DNA of 61,945 nt, the filler included, from Choristocarpus tenellus KU-1152 (Eukaryota > Protista > Phaeophyceae), in NCBI GenBank assembly GCA_964200185.2. It is 11 parts of 11 records of this genome, joined end to end, with 100 filler letters (N's around TTAATTAATTAA, not from the genome) between each part and the next. Parts side by side here need not be neighbours in the genome. Positions count along the whole stretch, not along the records: positions 32,492 to 39,523 come from CAXNAD020006817.1; positions 39,624 to 42,783 come from CAXNAD020021871.1; positions 42,884 to 55,603 come from CAXNAD020001728.1; 8 more parts are not named here. One strand, written 5' to 3'. The translations under genes were made by a program, and so were the position numbers. The notes under the pieces are model-generated. The model was given only the letters and a program-made list of their open reading frames with translations, had not been told where the DNA came from and ran no database searches. Below are positions 38,497 to 52,010 of the stretch, piece by piece (the stretch's first letter is position 1; each line of letters opens with the position of its first letter).

Positions 38497-39523
38497 GCTC
38501 GCCTCAGTGGTTCTAGTGTGAAGAAGAGGCGAGGTGCCCTCAAGTTCACCTCTGAGTCTCAGTCCAAATATGCTGCGTTGCCCTGGGGGGCTGGCCCGGA
38601 TACATCACCCAGGTCTAGAGGAGTAGGGGCAGGGGTAGGCAGTGCTGGGAGGGGGAGAGGCAGGCTTCGTCAGTCTTCCCTTCTAGATTTTTGTTCGATA
38701 ACCAACCAGAGGGAGGATGCTGTGGCTTCCATCGTGAGTACCCCATGGGCAGGGGGATCTGGGGCAGGTAGTTCTGGCTCGGGGGTTGTGGAGTGGGGAG
38801 AGGCATTCGAGAGAGAAAGGAGAACAGCAACCTCTGGTCCTGGGAGTGGACCAGTCATGGCGCTGGCAGCAGACTTGAGGCTAGAAGGAGAAGAGTTAGC
38901 AGGACCTGAGGGTCCAGGGATAGGTGGGGAACGCAAGGAGGCCTGGGGTACACCTGAGCCCTTAGACCTAATGGAAACAAGTAGCATGTTGGCATCAGCC
39001 CGTCCACCCTCTGTTAGATCTCCTTCGCCCTCGCGCTCTCCTTCTCCGATGCAGACCTCACCACCTGTACCTCGATCACCACATCAGTCTCCACCCTCTG
39101 TCGGAGCCAGAGGGTCCAACCCTCTGTTGGGTGGGGCTGGGGCAGGCTACTCACCATCCACAGTTGGAGCTACTCCTATTGGTGCTGGTGTTGGAAGCAG
39201 TGTAGCTGGAGGTGGTGGCGGAAACAGGAGAGGAAATGGAGGAGGGGGGGTGGTGGGAGGTTTACGGCTAGAGAGTGTGTACAGCGATCGTTTTATTCCA
39301 TCACGAACTGGCTCAAGTCTAGAAGGTGTGTCTCCATTCCTTGCAATTCCTGCAGGGGTTAGGCAGGGGGGATCCAGAGGTACAGGGGGTGGTGGTGCAA
39401 GACCCTGGGGAGTCAGCAGGCATGTGGGAGGAGGTACAGGAAGTGGAATTACAGGCAGTGGCAGAGGTGTAGAAGGCTCAGAAAGAGCACGAGCCTCGGC
39501 AGCTGGGCAAGTGGGAGGCACAG
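38497..39523 (+). CDS. FZR1: N-terminal exon of an APC/C co-activator (Cdh1/Fizzy-related, Cdc20 family); WD40 region off-contig
   Basis: C-box YSDRFIPSR follows an SP/TP-rich CDK-site cluster. In-frame AG acceptor at 38495-38496. Confidence 0.65.
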
Positions 39524-39658
39524 NNNNNNNNNNNNNNNNNNNNNNNNNNNNNNNNNNNNNNNNNNNNTTAATTAATTAANNNNNNNNNNNNNNNNNNNNN
39601 NNNNNNNNNNNNNNNNNNNNNNNGGTGGGAGGTCTCGTCTCCCCCCTTCCCTCTACAA

Positions 39659-39694
<36 letters not shown>

Positions 39695-40443
39695 ACCACC
39701 TGCAACATATTTGTCTTGTTTGTTATTTTGGTCAGTATGTTGTTCTTGTGCTCAGACGTTGGTGCTGGCTACCCCAATAGCTATGATTGGAAACTCCAAG
39801 CGAGTGTTCCTCCCCCTGATTCTCCTTTTGCCTGTCCACCTGATGATGTGAGGATCCTGATGCATCAATAGAGTCTGACTCAGAAGAGATGAGATGGATG
39901 TTAGGGTACAAAGCTGCGATATGTGAGGACAATGCTCTAAAGGTTTACATCAAACTGACACAGCAGCATTATTATTGTTCTTGTTGTAAAAAAGTGCTTT
40001 ACATTGGTCTGAGCGTCTAAAAAAAAAAATGTTATTGTGAACCAGACTGACCTGGAGTGGACCGTGTCAATTTTTGTGGAGGCCCTGCACTGGCCCTGTC
40101 ATAAACATTCTGTGTAAGACTGGTCCAGTAAAAAAAAATACGTTTTGAAACAATTTTGATTTTGCTTCTGGTAATTGTTCTGAGAATTCACAAGTGCCGA
40201 TCTTGACCAACATTGACCAATGTTGGAGTAAGGTATCCCACATACATTTGGCTGTAGGCTTGTTTTTGGAATTTCCTTGGGTTCCATTTGTCCAGATCAT
40301 GGATGAAATATAATTTGATCTGACTGGGTTGACTTAGCTGGTTTGTAGCCCTCTCCAGGGCTGTGGGTCCGCCCAAGGAGCAAACTGTAGAAAAGGTTCG
40401 CGGTTCTGGACTTGACCTTTCAGTCCTTTACTAGCATGCTTTA

Positions 40444-40612
40444 TTTGATAATGGTGTTACTTGATAATGGTGTTTGATAATGGTATTACTTGATAATGGT
40501 GTTACTTGATAATTGTCTTACTTGATAATGGTATTACTTGATAGTGGTGTTGCTTGATAAGGGTGTTACATGATAATGGTGTTACGTGATAAGGATGTTG
40601 CTTGATGATAGT
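40444..40612. repeat. 16-bp tandem repeat TTGATAATGGTGTTAC, ~10 copies
   Basis: Direct reading; copies degenerate toward the 3' end. Confidence 0.92.
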
Positions 40613-42127
40613 GTTGTGAAATGCAAATGGTGTAATGGAGTCAATTTGTTCAAACTTTTTATGAAAGATTATTTTCAGGAATTATTCAGATCTGCATTGA
40701 AGCCTCTTTGATTGGTTTATTTTGTTACTTGTGAATATTTGCAACCTACTGTGTGATTTGCTTTAAATTTTCTTGTGGCGCTTGGGGCTTTGTATGAATT
40801 TTCTTGTGTGTGAATTTTCTTATGTATGAATTTTCTTGCCTTGTACTCCGTGTGCACTTAAAAAAAATTCAGGTGAGGATGTGGAGGCTTTTGGAGGTAA
40901 TTTAGTTTATGCTCATAGTATTGGATGGCGTTGATTTGCTACATTAAGAGTATTGGAACCGGGTCAGCCTACTTGTTGGTTTGCTCACTCAATCCAAGCC
41001 TCATGAAAGGCCTTGGATTAAAGTACTGTATTGCAATAATGTATGCGTATGTAAGATACATGTATCATACTTTGTATATACACAAGGTATGTGTATGTAT
41101 GATACATACTGTACTTTTGATGTATATGTGTATGTATGTAACATGTCACAGGAGCACTCAAGTCTTTTTTGTGTAATGTAGTTTGTAGATTATTTGAATC
41201 AGGGTGGAGGTGTCACAGATGTGTAGTCATCAATATCAGGTAAAGGAGATGTCATAGATGTAGTTTACCTGATTCAGTAATTACCCCCCCCCATTCTCCC
41301 CTGAAAATTATGCAGACCAAGGGTCTCACACCTAGTACTATGCTTAATTTGTGAAATTTACTCTGAAGTGTATATTCATGACATACACTCAAGTATTCAG
41401 TTGGCCATTTTTTATTCAAGTCAGTTTTTGATTCAATCCCCAAGAAGTTTATTAGTTTTTTTGTGGGGGGTGGTTAATTGACCTCGTAGTCCTCTTTTGC
41501 AATATTAAATTGGTATTTTGTGTGGTGTCTCAAAGTTACCCTGTAGCACTCTGGTTGCGACTGTCTCCCTTGTATCACTGTATGAAATATTTACTAACCT
41601 TCTCATGTAGAATAAAATTCTCCTTTTTTTTTCTTTGTGCACCAATAAAACAATAATAAAATTCTCCATGAGCTTGAATCGAGGTTTGACAAGGAGATAT
41701 CAAAGTTATTTGCTTTTAAGAAGATTATCGCTGCTCTTTAGAACGTTGTGAAACTGTTCAAAACCTGAAGAAAAATAAAAACAAATAATACATACATATA
41801 TATGTGTGTGTGTATATATGTGTGTGTATGTGTGTTTGACAATCAACCATATGTAATCATTTTTTCCCATTTGGTTACATTGACCTGACTGGATAGATTC
41901 AAACCTATTGAATTGGACAGATTAGGATGTAAACCCCTAACTACAATGAGGTTTATTGTTGACCTTGAGCTTGTCGAAGTAGGAATGAATCTATCATTCA
42001 TTGCAGCGTGTTTTATCTCTTTTCATCCTGGGTGCACTCTAGTATCACAAATTCTACACCACCAACAACCAAGTGTTTTCTTGACTATTGCAGCCAAAAT
42101 ATTCTGTGTCCACTGTTTTCGTGGCAG

Positions 42128-42210
42128 GTGGGGCTGGATCTGCTTGAGTCGACCAAGTTAAGTGGGGAGGAGTTCAGTGGCCTTGTCAGGGCGGAAGAGA
42201 ATTATCTTGA
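42128..42210 (+). CDS. Possible isolated internal exon (GLDLLESTKLSGEEFSGLVRAEENYLE), unknown product
   Basis: Pyrimidine tract plus CAG acceptor, open frame and GT donor; no partner exon securely identified. Confidence 0.35.
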
Positions 42211-43114
42211 GGTAGTCATCGGGTGGGGGACATAGGAGGGGAGGGGGGGTGAGGTGAAGTGGTGCTAACAGGGGTTCATGTTGTTTAGAGTATTAATCAA
42301 TAGGTTAGGGTTGACAAAAGTGCCTGAACCCTCTCCTTTTATGTTTTGTATAGAGAAATTTCTGATGGCTGTGTTTGCACTTCATCAGCACGGTACATAA
42401 TTGGGGTGTTGTCACTGCTTCAATATTACTGCTTGGACTCACTCTCCACAGAAGTGCAGTTTGTTCCTTAAGGGTGTACCTTCATCGCCATAATTGGGGT
42501 GTACCTTCATCGCCCCGCCGCTCTCTCTCCCTCTGACCCCAACTTGTCCTGTTGCTGCCAGTTGTCCCCCCTTACTCTTCCTCTAACTTCGTGGGGGGTC
42601 ATGCGTGTGTCTTATGTGTCTTACGTGTCATGTGTCTGGAAGAATTCTCTGCCTTATTTTTCCGTTTCATGTTACATGTTGCATTCAACCCTCCCCCCCC
42701 CCCCCCCCCCCCCCCCCCCACACGCTCGCAAAAAGGGCCCCAACACGCGACCACCGGGGCGAAAAAGGACATAAGACAACCAANNNNNNNNNNNNNNNNN
42801 NNNNNNNNNNNNNNNNNNNNNNNNNNNTTAATTAATTAANNNNNNNNNNNNNNNNNNNNNNNNNNNNNNNNNNNNNNNNNNNNGGGGGGGATGTTCTTGT
42901 GGTGAGATGGAGGTTGAGTGGTGTTGTTTTTTACTTTTTTTGGTATAGATGTTGTCAGTGCACCCACTGGTGAGTAGTAATATTTTTCTTCTCTATGGGC
43001 ACTATGAAAACCAGGAAGGCTTGTGAAAGAGTTGAACAAAGTGTGTGATTACAAATGAACAAAGCCTATGAGCTTTCGATGTGTGATTCCCCCCCCCTTC
43101 CCCTGTTCTTGTGT

Positions 43115-43522
43115 GCATGTATACGTATCTTTCATTTATACGTATCTTTCATGTATACATATATTTCATGTATACGTATCTTTCATGTATACGTATCTTT
43201 CATGTATAGGTATCTTTCATGTATACATATCTTTCATGTATACGTATCTTTCATGTATACATATCTTTCATGTATACATATCTTTCATGTATATGTATCT
43301 TTCATGTATACATATATTTCATGTATACGTATCTTTCAAGTATACGTATCTTTCATATATACGTATCTTTCATGTATACGTATCTTTCATGTATACGTAT
43401 CTTTCATGTATACGTATCTTTCATGTATACATATCTTTCATGTATACATATCTTTCATGTATACATATCTTTCATGTATACGTATATTTCATGTATACGT
43501 ATCTTTCATGTATACATATCTT
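43115..43522. repeat. 17-bp tandem repeat TCATGTATAC(G/A)TATCTT, ~24 copies
   Basis: Direct reading; it generates the three spurious overlapping ORFs in the track. Confidence 0.97.
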
Positions 43523-44309
43523 TTTTCATGATTTTTTTTTCTACACGCACTTGCAAAAAAAAATGATGTAATATTTATTGTCATTAAAAAACACTTGGTA
43601 TTTGGTGTACTTTTCTGAAAGAGGCAGTGCACCCTGAGAAGTCCATTTTTATTATTTTTGTTTCATTTTTTTGTTTCATTAATTAATCTTGTTTGTTTTG
43701 TCAGCACTGAGGTGTAGGTAGTCCTTGACTTTTTTGCTATGAGCTACTTGGTGCTGTGTGTGTCTTTTTATTATTATTTTCAGTAAGTTCAAAAATATAT
43801 ATATTTTTGAAACAGCTAAAAAAGTACCCCAATAGCACAAACTGCAGCATATCAATCTCATTTCAGACTAACCCTAACCCTAACCCTTAGTTTCCCCCTC
43901 ACAACTTACTATATGTGATGCCCCTGCCTCTGTCTTAAGCACTATATCCCCCCTCACCCCCCCCAGGGTGTCTCATATTCTATTTGTTCCAACTTTTTTT
44001 TTGTAGTCTATGATGGTTATGTTGAGGTGCATTCAAACGCAATTTGTCATTTGTAGTAGCTGCACTATCAGTGGCACTTATTATTTATTATTTATTATTT
44101 ATTATATAGTATTACCTTTTTTTAATGTATAGGGTACTCACTCTGAAGTATTTATTTTATTTTAGGGTCAATTCTGCCTCTTGCACATGATGTTTTCTCA
44201 TTCATTGGTTCAAATATTGTGATATGTCATTCTTCCTGTAAATATCAATGTTACTTTTTCCTTAAGTTGAATATTGAGCATTCACTGACACCTGCATGCA
44301 GTGGGGATA

Positions 44310-44366
44310 TGTTCAAAGTATCTGGGGGGGGGGGNNNNNNNNNNTTGGGGGTGGGTTGGGAGGGGT

Positions 44367-44404
<38 letters not shown>

Positions 44405-44540
44405 CAGCTGTCAATTTGGGGCCCATTTTTCCATGTTGCAATTTGTGGGTAGTTTGGTTGCATGTGTCGGATGGATAATGTAAGTAAAGTGCACTTCTCC
44501 TGGTCAGGGCTGAAATGGATACGCTGGTGTAGCCCCCCCA
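44310..44540 (+). mobile_element. MITE family B copy with long G-tract and internal gap
   Basis: gttcaaagtatctgggg...tcagctgtcaatttgggg...gtgcacttctcctgg...ctggtgtagccccc. Confidence 0.8.
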
Positions 44541-44728
44541 TTGTTTAAGATGAATTTTTGTTAATTTTATCACTTTTTTGAAATACAATAGTTTGTGTTG
44601 TATGCCTTACATTATGTACTTACATTGCATTTTATTTATTTTTATTTTGGGTGGTTTAACTTTAATATCACATACACTTGGTAAAATGGATTTGTATGTG
44701 TGTAATTATTGGTTGTTGATTTTTCCAG

Positions 44729-45714
44729 AGCGCAAGGGGAGCTCGACGTGCTTCGGCATCGTCTTGAGGACCAACAGAAGGAGAGGAGTACAGAGAGTAC
44801 AGGCATGGCAGCAAAGATTGAAGAGCTAGAGGCCAAGGTCCTGAATGGGGAAAGGCAGCGCAGAGGCATGCACAACCTCATTCAGGTGAAAAGATCAAAA
44901 AGATCAAGAAGGAACCATTATGTCTTTTTACCCTAGGTCTGGTGTGTTTTTTATTCTAGGACATAATGATTTTTGTTTGAAGTGTCATTTGGTGAATTGA
45001 AGGGAGTGTTTATCTGTTCAGGTATTTTGTTGCTGGCTCATGGGTTACTTGTTTGTTTGTTTGCTTGCTTGCTTGCTTGGTGGGGGAGGAGTGGTCCAGT
45101 TTGGGTGGCAAGATATTTAATATCACATACAAATTAAATTTAATATCACATAAAGTGTAGTTCGTGGTAGTCAAGGTTCAAGGGGTGTGTTGTGATGCAC
45201 CTGATGGTTTTAGAAGTTTGCTCTGCTGTTATTTGTAAAGTCTTCTCCTCTGTGGTATGGTAGACTGTTTTAATGATACAAATGGACACACTTGAAGTAT
45301 ATTGATATTTGGTATATTGATATTTAGTATATAGAAAAGCAGAGCAGTGTTGCAACAGATTCCAATTACTTTTTTAGCAGGATTTTTTTTTCTTCATTTC
45401 CCTTGTTCCCTAACCCTAACTCTTGATATCATTTTGTCTCCTTCGTTTCCCCTTATCCCTAACCCTAACCCTAACCCTTGTTATCACTTTTCCCTGTTGA
45501 TCCTGCCCCCTCCCCTCCCTTGCCTCCATTCAATCATTCCCCCAACTATCACCCCTCCCTCTCACCCCAACATACCACAAAACCAACTGTTTCCCATGGT
45601 CAACTCTTCTACCCCACCTGGTTCCCTTCTTACTTCATACTTTGTCATTGATAGCAATGATAATAATAATAAATAACAATAAAGATGATAATAATAACAA
45701 TAATATTAATAATA

Positions 45715-45747
<33 letters not shown>

Positions 45748-48700
45748 TTGTTGGTTGTGGTGGTGGTATGCAGGAGCTTAGAGGAAATGTACGTGTATTT
45801 GCCAGAGTGCGTCCATTCCTCCCATCAGATGGGGTACCTATTGGAAGCAGGGCAGCTGTTGTGAGTAAGGGTGATGGGGTGGGATGCACAGTGACTAAGA
45901 TGATGCCAGGGACTACAGACAATGTGGCAGACTCTCAGACATTCTCATTTGACAAGGTCTTCCCTCCAAGGTATGCATGTTGTTATGTTGGTGGGTTAGC
46001 AAAATGTGTGTTACAAGAGATTTTATTTCTAAAGTTGAACTAATTTTTTTTCCAAAGTTTACTAGTTTGAGAGATATGGTTATCATGGTTAGGGTTAGGG
46101 TTAGGGTTAGGGCTACCATCCATAATGGTTGCATAGGTGTGATCCAGGTTTTATTGGGGAATGATTTTGATTGGATATTTTTGTACTCTGGTAAGATGTT
46201 CACCCAGCACAGTGTTAGTGAGTGATTTAGTGATTGAGTGAGTTAGATGTGTTTGTAATACTTTTTTTGTTTTTTGTGCATGGTTTGATTCTAGCCCTAA
46301 CCCTAACCCTAACCCTTGAAATTATTGAATCACCATCCTATTTATTAATTAATCTTTTGGAACTATATTGTAATAATTTAGGGTTAGGGTTAGGGCTTTC
46401 TCCTATCACTGCTAATCCTCATTCAACCTTCTCCTACCTTTGCACAGTCAATCTAGGGGCTCTTTTTGCTGCTGCTATGTCTGTGATAATAAGTTAATTA
46501 CATGATCACAAGAGATAACAAGATAATTACATGATAACAAAATAAGTTCATGATAACAAGATTATTATATGATAACAAAATAATTACATGATAACAAGAT
46601 CCCATGATCACAAAGTAAGTACATGATAACAAGATTATTAATTTATTTATTGTTTTTCCTTTAGCATTGTTTGTTGCTGATGCTTTTGTAACCTCTGACA
46701 TATCATATTGAAGTGGCCTATACTGTTTGCTGTACCTCCTACAATTCCCTCCTCGCCAACTTTAAAAAGAGTTGTAACACAGTACATTAACACAACATAA
46801 TCCGGAGTACAACATAATACAGAAGAGATGTAACACAGTACAACATGCTCACAACACTATCATACACATTGTATCACCCATACCACACCCCTAGTGCTGG
46901 GCAAGAAGAGGTGTTCACAGAGGTCTCTGAGTTTGTCCAGTCAGCACTGGATGGGTTCAATGTGTGTCTCTTTAGCTATGGTCAGACTGGTTCTGGAAAG
47001 ACGCACACCATGCAAGGCAGTGGTGCAGGGCCAATGAGAGGCATGATCCCTAGGGCTATGGAACAGGTCAGGGGTTGGAGGTTGTGTTTCATATGGAATG
47101 TGTTACATGTTTGATGAGGGTTAGGGTCAGGGTTAGGGAAGGAGGAGTTAGGGTTAGAAGAAGTTTTGTGAAGAAATGGTGATGGTGGTGATGGTGGTGA
47201 TGGTGGTGGTCAAGCATTGGAGTGAAGAAGATGAAGATGAAGATGAATATATTTTGTGATGGTGCTGAGATAATGAAGAGAGCCTTGGGATAATAGGATA
47301 CCTGGCGGAGATGGAATGAGGCACTCCCTATCCTTGAGGAGTGCCTGATCATGGGTTGCTGTGTTTTTATTGGGTGTAGATCCTCTGTCCCTTATCCTAT
47401 GTAGGTGACATCTTTACGAGTAGTGCTGTTGGAGTATTTGAAAGATATGTGAACTAATGGAATGAAAGATATGAGGCGTTTTTGAAAGTGAGGAGACAGT
47501 CCCAGTCCCCACCTAATCATCAGTGCCATAGAGGATTCCCATACATTTGTTGTATCTAGAGTTTAAGTTGTTTAGAGGGTCATGGCTTGCAGTTATCGTT
47601 GTTGTCATACTAGTTGCACTTATTCAGCTTCCCATATTGATACATCAATCTGAATGTGTTTATCTGTACTGTAGGCTTGCCTTCCCAACATACTATGTAC
47701 TCCTTAGGGTTAGGGTTAATGATGATGATGCGATTAACTCTTTGGTATGAACTATTAGCTGCTTTTTCTTGTTCGTTTGTTTTCACAGGTTGGTAAGTAC
47801 AAGACAAAGCTGGAGGAGCAGGGCTGGCAGTATCAGATGAAGGTATCATTTTTGGAGATCTATAATGAACAGATACGTGACCTCCTTCGCAGCGGCAATG
47901 AAAAGGTGAGACATTAACCCTAACCCTAACTTCAACCTCAAAGCCTCTCACCATCTCGTTGTGACTACTCTATATTGATTTGATTCCATAATATCTGCAC
48001 TGTTGTCCACCCCCTGCCCCAACTGTCTCCCTTCCTCCCTCTATTGCTTCCCTCTTAGGAAGGAGCCTATCCCCCCTTCATCCCTCACCTACCGTATAGC
48101 TCATTCATACCAGCACCTCTCCAGGACATGGATATTGTGATCCCTGTACACCCCACCACCCTTTATCTTCTTGCCATCCTCAGTTCAGTCAGTACCCACT
48201 CCATTCCTATTCATAGAAACAATCAATTTATACTATTTTCATGGAAATTTCCTATTAATTTCCTATTAATGCTATGTTCCTTCCACAAGCAGTCTTCTTG
48301 TGCCTTGCTTCACACAGGTGTGCCCCTCCAACCCTAACCCTAACCCTAACCCTAACCCTCTATTTCCTTTGTGTTCCTACGACTAATGCAATCTATGATA
48401 GGATTACACTGCCAAGCATGAGATCAAGAGGGATCAAAGAGGAGTAACTACAGTGGTAGATCTCACCATGGAGAGTGTTGACCCCAATGACAGCTACAAG
48501 ATAGAGGAGATAATGGAGGTATCATACAAGCCAGAAAAAAAAAATTATTTCCTCTTTGGGTTTTGAGATCAAGGAGTAATATATATAAACAAAGCATATA
48601 TAAACACAGTATATATACAGTATGCGATAACATGCTTTGTACTCTTGTGTTGTAAACGGAAAGTTTGTGTGTTTTGGTTAGGGTTAGGGTTAGGGTTAGT

Positions 48701-51700
48701 GTTAGGTTTAGGGTGGTGCTGTACAGACTTGTCAACCTCTGACCATTTAGGTTTGGGGTTAGTGTAGTTAGTGGGCTGAACCTTTCATGAAAGGTATAGT
48801 ACTAGTAGTGGTGTACCAAGTTGTGTGTCTACAAGCAACGAGGAGGACAGGAGGGGCAGGGGAGGGAGATATATCTCATGTTGTGAGGTTAGGGTTAGGG
48901 AGAAAGGGTTGTCCTCCACTGTTTCACTCTTAGGTCAATGATGGATGTTGCCAAGAGGCATCTCAATTTTTTTACCATCATCGTGGACAAGGTTGTCACT
49001 AGTTTGTTGGAATTTAGTATTCTTTTTAGGGATATCCCTAACCCTAACCCCAATGACGTAAGGTATTTGATGCATTGATTCTGGCATGTGTCTGTCAGTC
49101 ACCAAAGTGTTCCTGTACCCACTCCAACCATTGACTGTGGCTGCCTCCTTTTTTTGATACTGTCATTGTGTTGTGTTTGTGTTATGTTTGTGTTATGTTT
49201 GTGTTTGTGAGCAGAGGGCTGCATGCTACCGATCTGTGGGGAGGACAGACATGAATGAACGCTCTTCACGTAGTCACAGTGTCTTCACCCTGTATCTTAA
49301 AGGTATGGTATCAGAGAACACCAATTGGAGGCAAGGTCATGTACTGTCTTGGGGTGTAGAGTAGAATAGTTTTTCTGATGCCATCAAATACACTGTGGAA
49401 ATATTTTTGAGATAGAGGTCAAGGTCCACTGCACTACTGGTCTGATCAGTCTGATCGATAAACTTCAACCTCCTACAGCAAAAGAACAATTTGTTGATCA
49501 TCTTCTGCCCCCCCCCACCCTATGATTTTCCATTTTTGTTTGAAAAAGCTACAAACCAGAGTCAGCGCTCCTCTCTGAAGGGAACGTTACACTTGGTAGA
49601 CCTAGCAGGAAGTGAGCGACTTAGTCGATCTAATGCCACAGGGGATCGCCTGAAGGAGACTGTCGCCATCAACAAATCGCTTAGCTCTCTCACGGATGTG
49701 TTTGTGTCAATTTCAAACAAGAACACTCATGTGGGTCTTCAAGATGAATGACGGCTTGGTCTTGGGGCTTGGGTCTGAGAGTGTATTGATGTAGGAGGCA
49801 GGGAAGGAATGTGAGATGGGAGGTTGAGGTTAGGGTCTTTGAGGACAGCGGTTAGGGTTAGGGTTACAATTCGCGATAGGGTTTCATTGCAAATGGAAGG
49901 CATTGATGTGTACATAATTTCCATGGGATTGAGAGAGAAGATGGACTATGTTGGGGAGGTTAAGGTAGAATGGTCAGAAGGACCTCTGCTGCAATTGTGA
50001 GTGGAGTGATGACCGTATCCTTCATGGTGACACGTTTGTACCTTTCCTGGCACTCCACTGGTACTTACTTGGTACTGGTACTTACTTGGTACTGGTGCTT
50101 ACTTGGTACTAGTATTCTCTTGGTACTGGTACTCTCTTGGTACTGGTGCTTACTTGGTACTAGTACTCTCTTGGTACTGGTGCTGGTATTCTCTTGGTAC
50201 TGGTACTCTCTTGGTACTGGTGCTTACTTGGTACTGGTACTCTCTTGGTACTGGTACTCTCTTGGTACTGGTGCTTACTTGGTACTGGTACTCACTTGGT
50301 ACTGGTACAGTCCAACTTAGACATTATATCGGATACTTTGATATGTGTGTCTCAGCGATACCTTGATTACTATAATTATTGCTGCTCTGACTCTGACTCT
50401 TCTCTTTCTATGATCTTCGAAGCCCTAACCCTAACCCTAACCCCCCTTCCTGTTTGTTTTTGGCTAATGATGGTGTGTGGGCATGATGATTGACAAAAAA
50501 AAAAATGCAGATACCATTCAGAAACTCGAAGCTGACATACCTGCTGCAGCCAGCGCTTTCTGGTGATGGGAAGACTTTGATGATGGTGAATCTCAGTCCC
50601 ACCGATGAGTCCTACCATGAATCACTGTGCTCACTACGTTTCGCTTCCCAGGTTAGATTAAAACTAGATTAAAACTAGATTAAAACTAAATCACAACCCC
50701 TTATTCTTACCTTACTCTGCGGCACAGTTGGGGAGTTAGGGTTAAGGCTAGGTTTGTCCCAATCGCACTTACTACGTTAGTTGGTCATGGTTCTTGTTCT
50801 ATGTTAATGAGGGGTTGGTGATCAACTTGTGAGGGTTTTATGGTAAGTATTTGTGAGATTGTTTCATCAGAATTTATCAGGTGAGATCATTTCTGGGGGA
50901 ACCTCTCTAAGACATGTAAGTTGTAAAATGATGGTGTTCGATATAGGGTCACAGTGGTTAATGGCACAGTGACTGTGGATTCAATAATATGGTGAAGTTG
51001 ACAATCATGCCTCCCCACAAATCTCGCCCTAACCCTAACCCTTACGGCACTACTAATAGACTGTTCTTTATTTTATATGTATATTAATGGCAGATCCCCC
51101 TTAGTTGTGTTTTCCAGCTCCATCCATATTGTCACTTTACAATATTGAGCTTAGGGTTAGGGTATTGTATGATTGTGTCTGTGTTCTATTCCACGATCAG
51201 TTGACTGTGTGAAATGTGAAGTGCGACAAGTACTATCATGTAACATTATGTGCCACCATGTACATATTGGTGTGTCATGTAACATTATGTGCCACCATGT
51301 ACATATTGGTGTATCAAGAAAAATGCTAAAATATTAGTAATAGTGATAATAATGAAAATATTAAAATATAAATAATAGTAATTATTATTATGCATATCAT
51401 ATAGGGAGTCGTTGTTGATGTGTTCAATGTATGGTATTTTGTATTGATGACCTGTACAAATACTGCAGCTTGATAATCTTTCAGATTTCCACCTCCATGA
51501 GCCCACTGTGTAGATTGATGTGATCATCATCACTATACCTATCCCTAACCTTAACCCTGGCTGTGGTCCCACCGGAAGCTGAATAATATTATTTATGGTT
51601 GCCTGAACAAAATGTGTAAGTGTATAAGTGGTGGCATGATTGTATGGTATGACTTTAACCACTGACGGTATCAGCAGGTGCCTGTGATGTAAACTGACAT

Positions 51701-52010
51701 GTTCCTATTTCTGTTACGGGATTACCTGTTTTATAGCACCTCACTCATGTATTATTGTTCCCTTCCCCATGTGCCTCTCCCTAACCATTTTTGGTTCTCT
51801 GTGATGATATTTTGGTATTGTGTGGTATTGTGGCATGGTGGTATTGTATTGTATTGTATTTTATTTTAGGTGAACAAGTGTGAGCTTGGTCGCCCAAAGC
51901 GCAACCTTCGGGATATTGTCCCTGGAGGAGAGGGACCCGAGAAGGAGACTTCATCAGGAGTGTTGGGGAAGGGGGTACATGCACGAAAGGGGAGTAGGGG
52001 AGGCCCATAA
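44729..52010 (+). CDS. Kinesin-14 (C-terminal motor, KIFC1/Ncd/Kar3-like); 5' exons missing
   Basis: Nine in-phase GT-AG exons: 44729-44885, 45774-45970, 46895-47066, 47789-47905, 48402-48518, 49215-49302, 49549-49730, 50511-50651 and 51870-52010 (TAA). Neck [16 protein letters not shown]-loop [13 protein letters not shown], switch I NERSSRSH, switch [16 protein letters not shown]. Confidence 0.97.
46497..46640. repeat. ~19-bp intronic minisatellite (ACATGATAACAAGATAATT-like)
   Basis: About seven degenerate copies in kinesin intron 2. Confidence 0.8.
50057..50308. repeat. ~17-bp intronic minisatellite CTTGGTACTGGT(ACTCT/GCTTA)
   Basis: Direct reading, kinesin intron 7. Confidence 0.92.
51236..51311. 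repeat. Tandem duplication of a ~39-bp unit
   Basis: tcatgtaacattatgtgccaccatgtacatattggtgt occurs twice. Confidence 0.9.

Noticed and set aside
43055-43571. Three overlapping long ORFs, and a CRISPR-like look of the arrays at 43115, 50057 and 8889
   Set aside because: By-products of tandem repeats. There are no unique spacers and no cas genes, and the context is eukaryotic.
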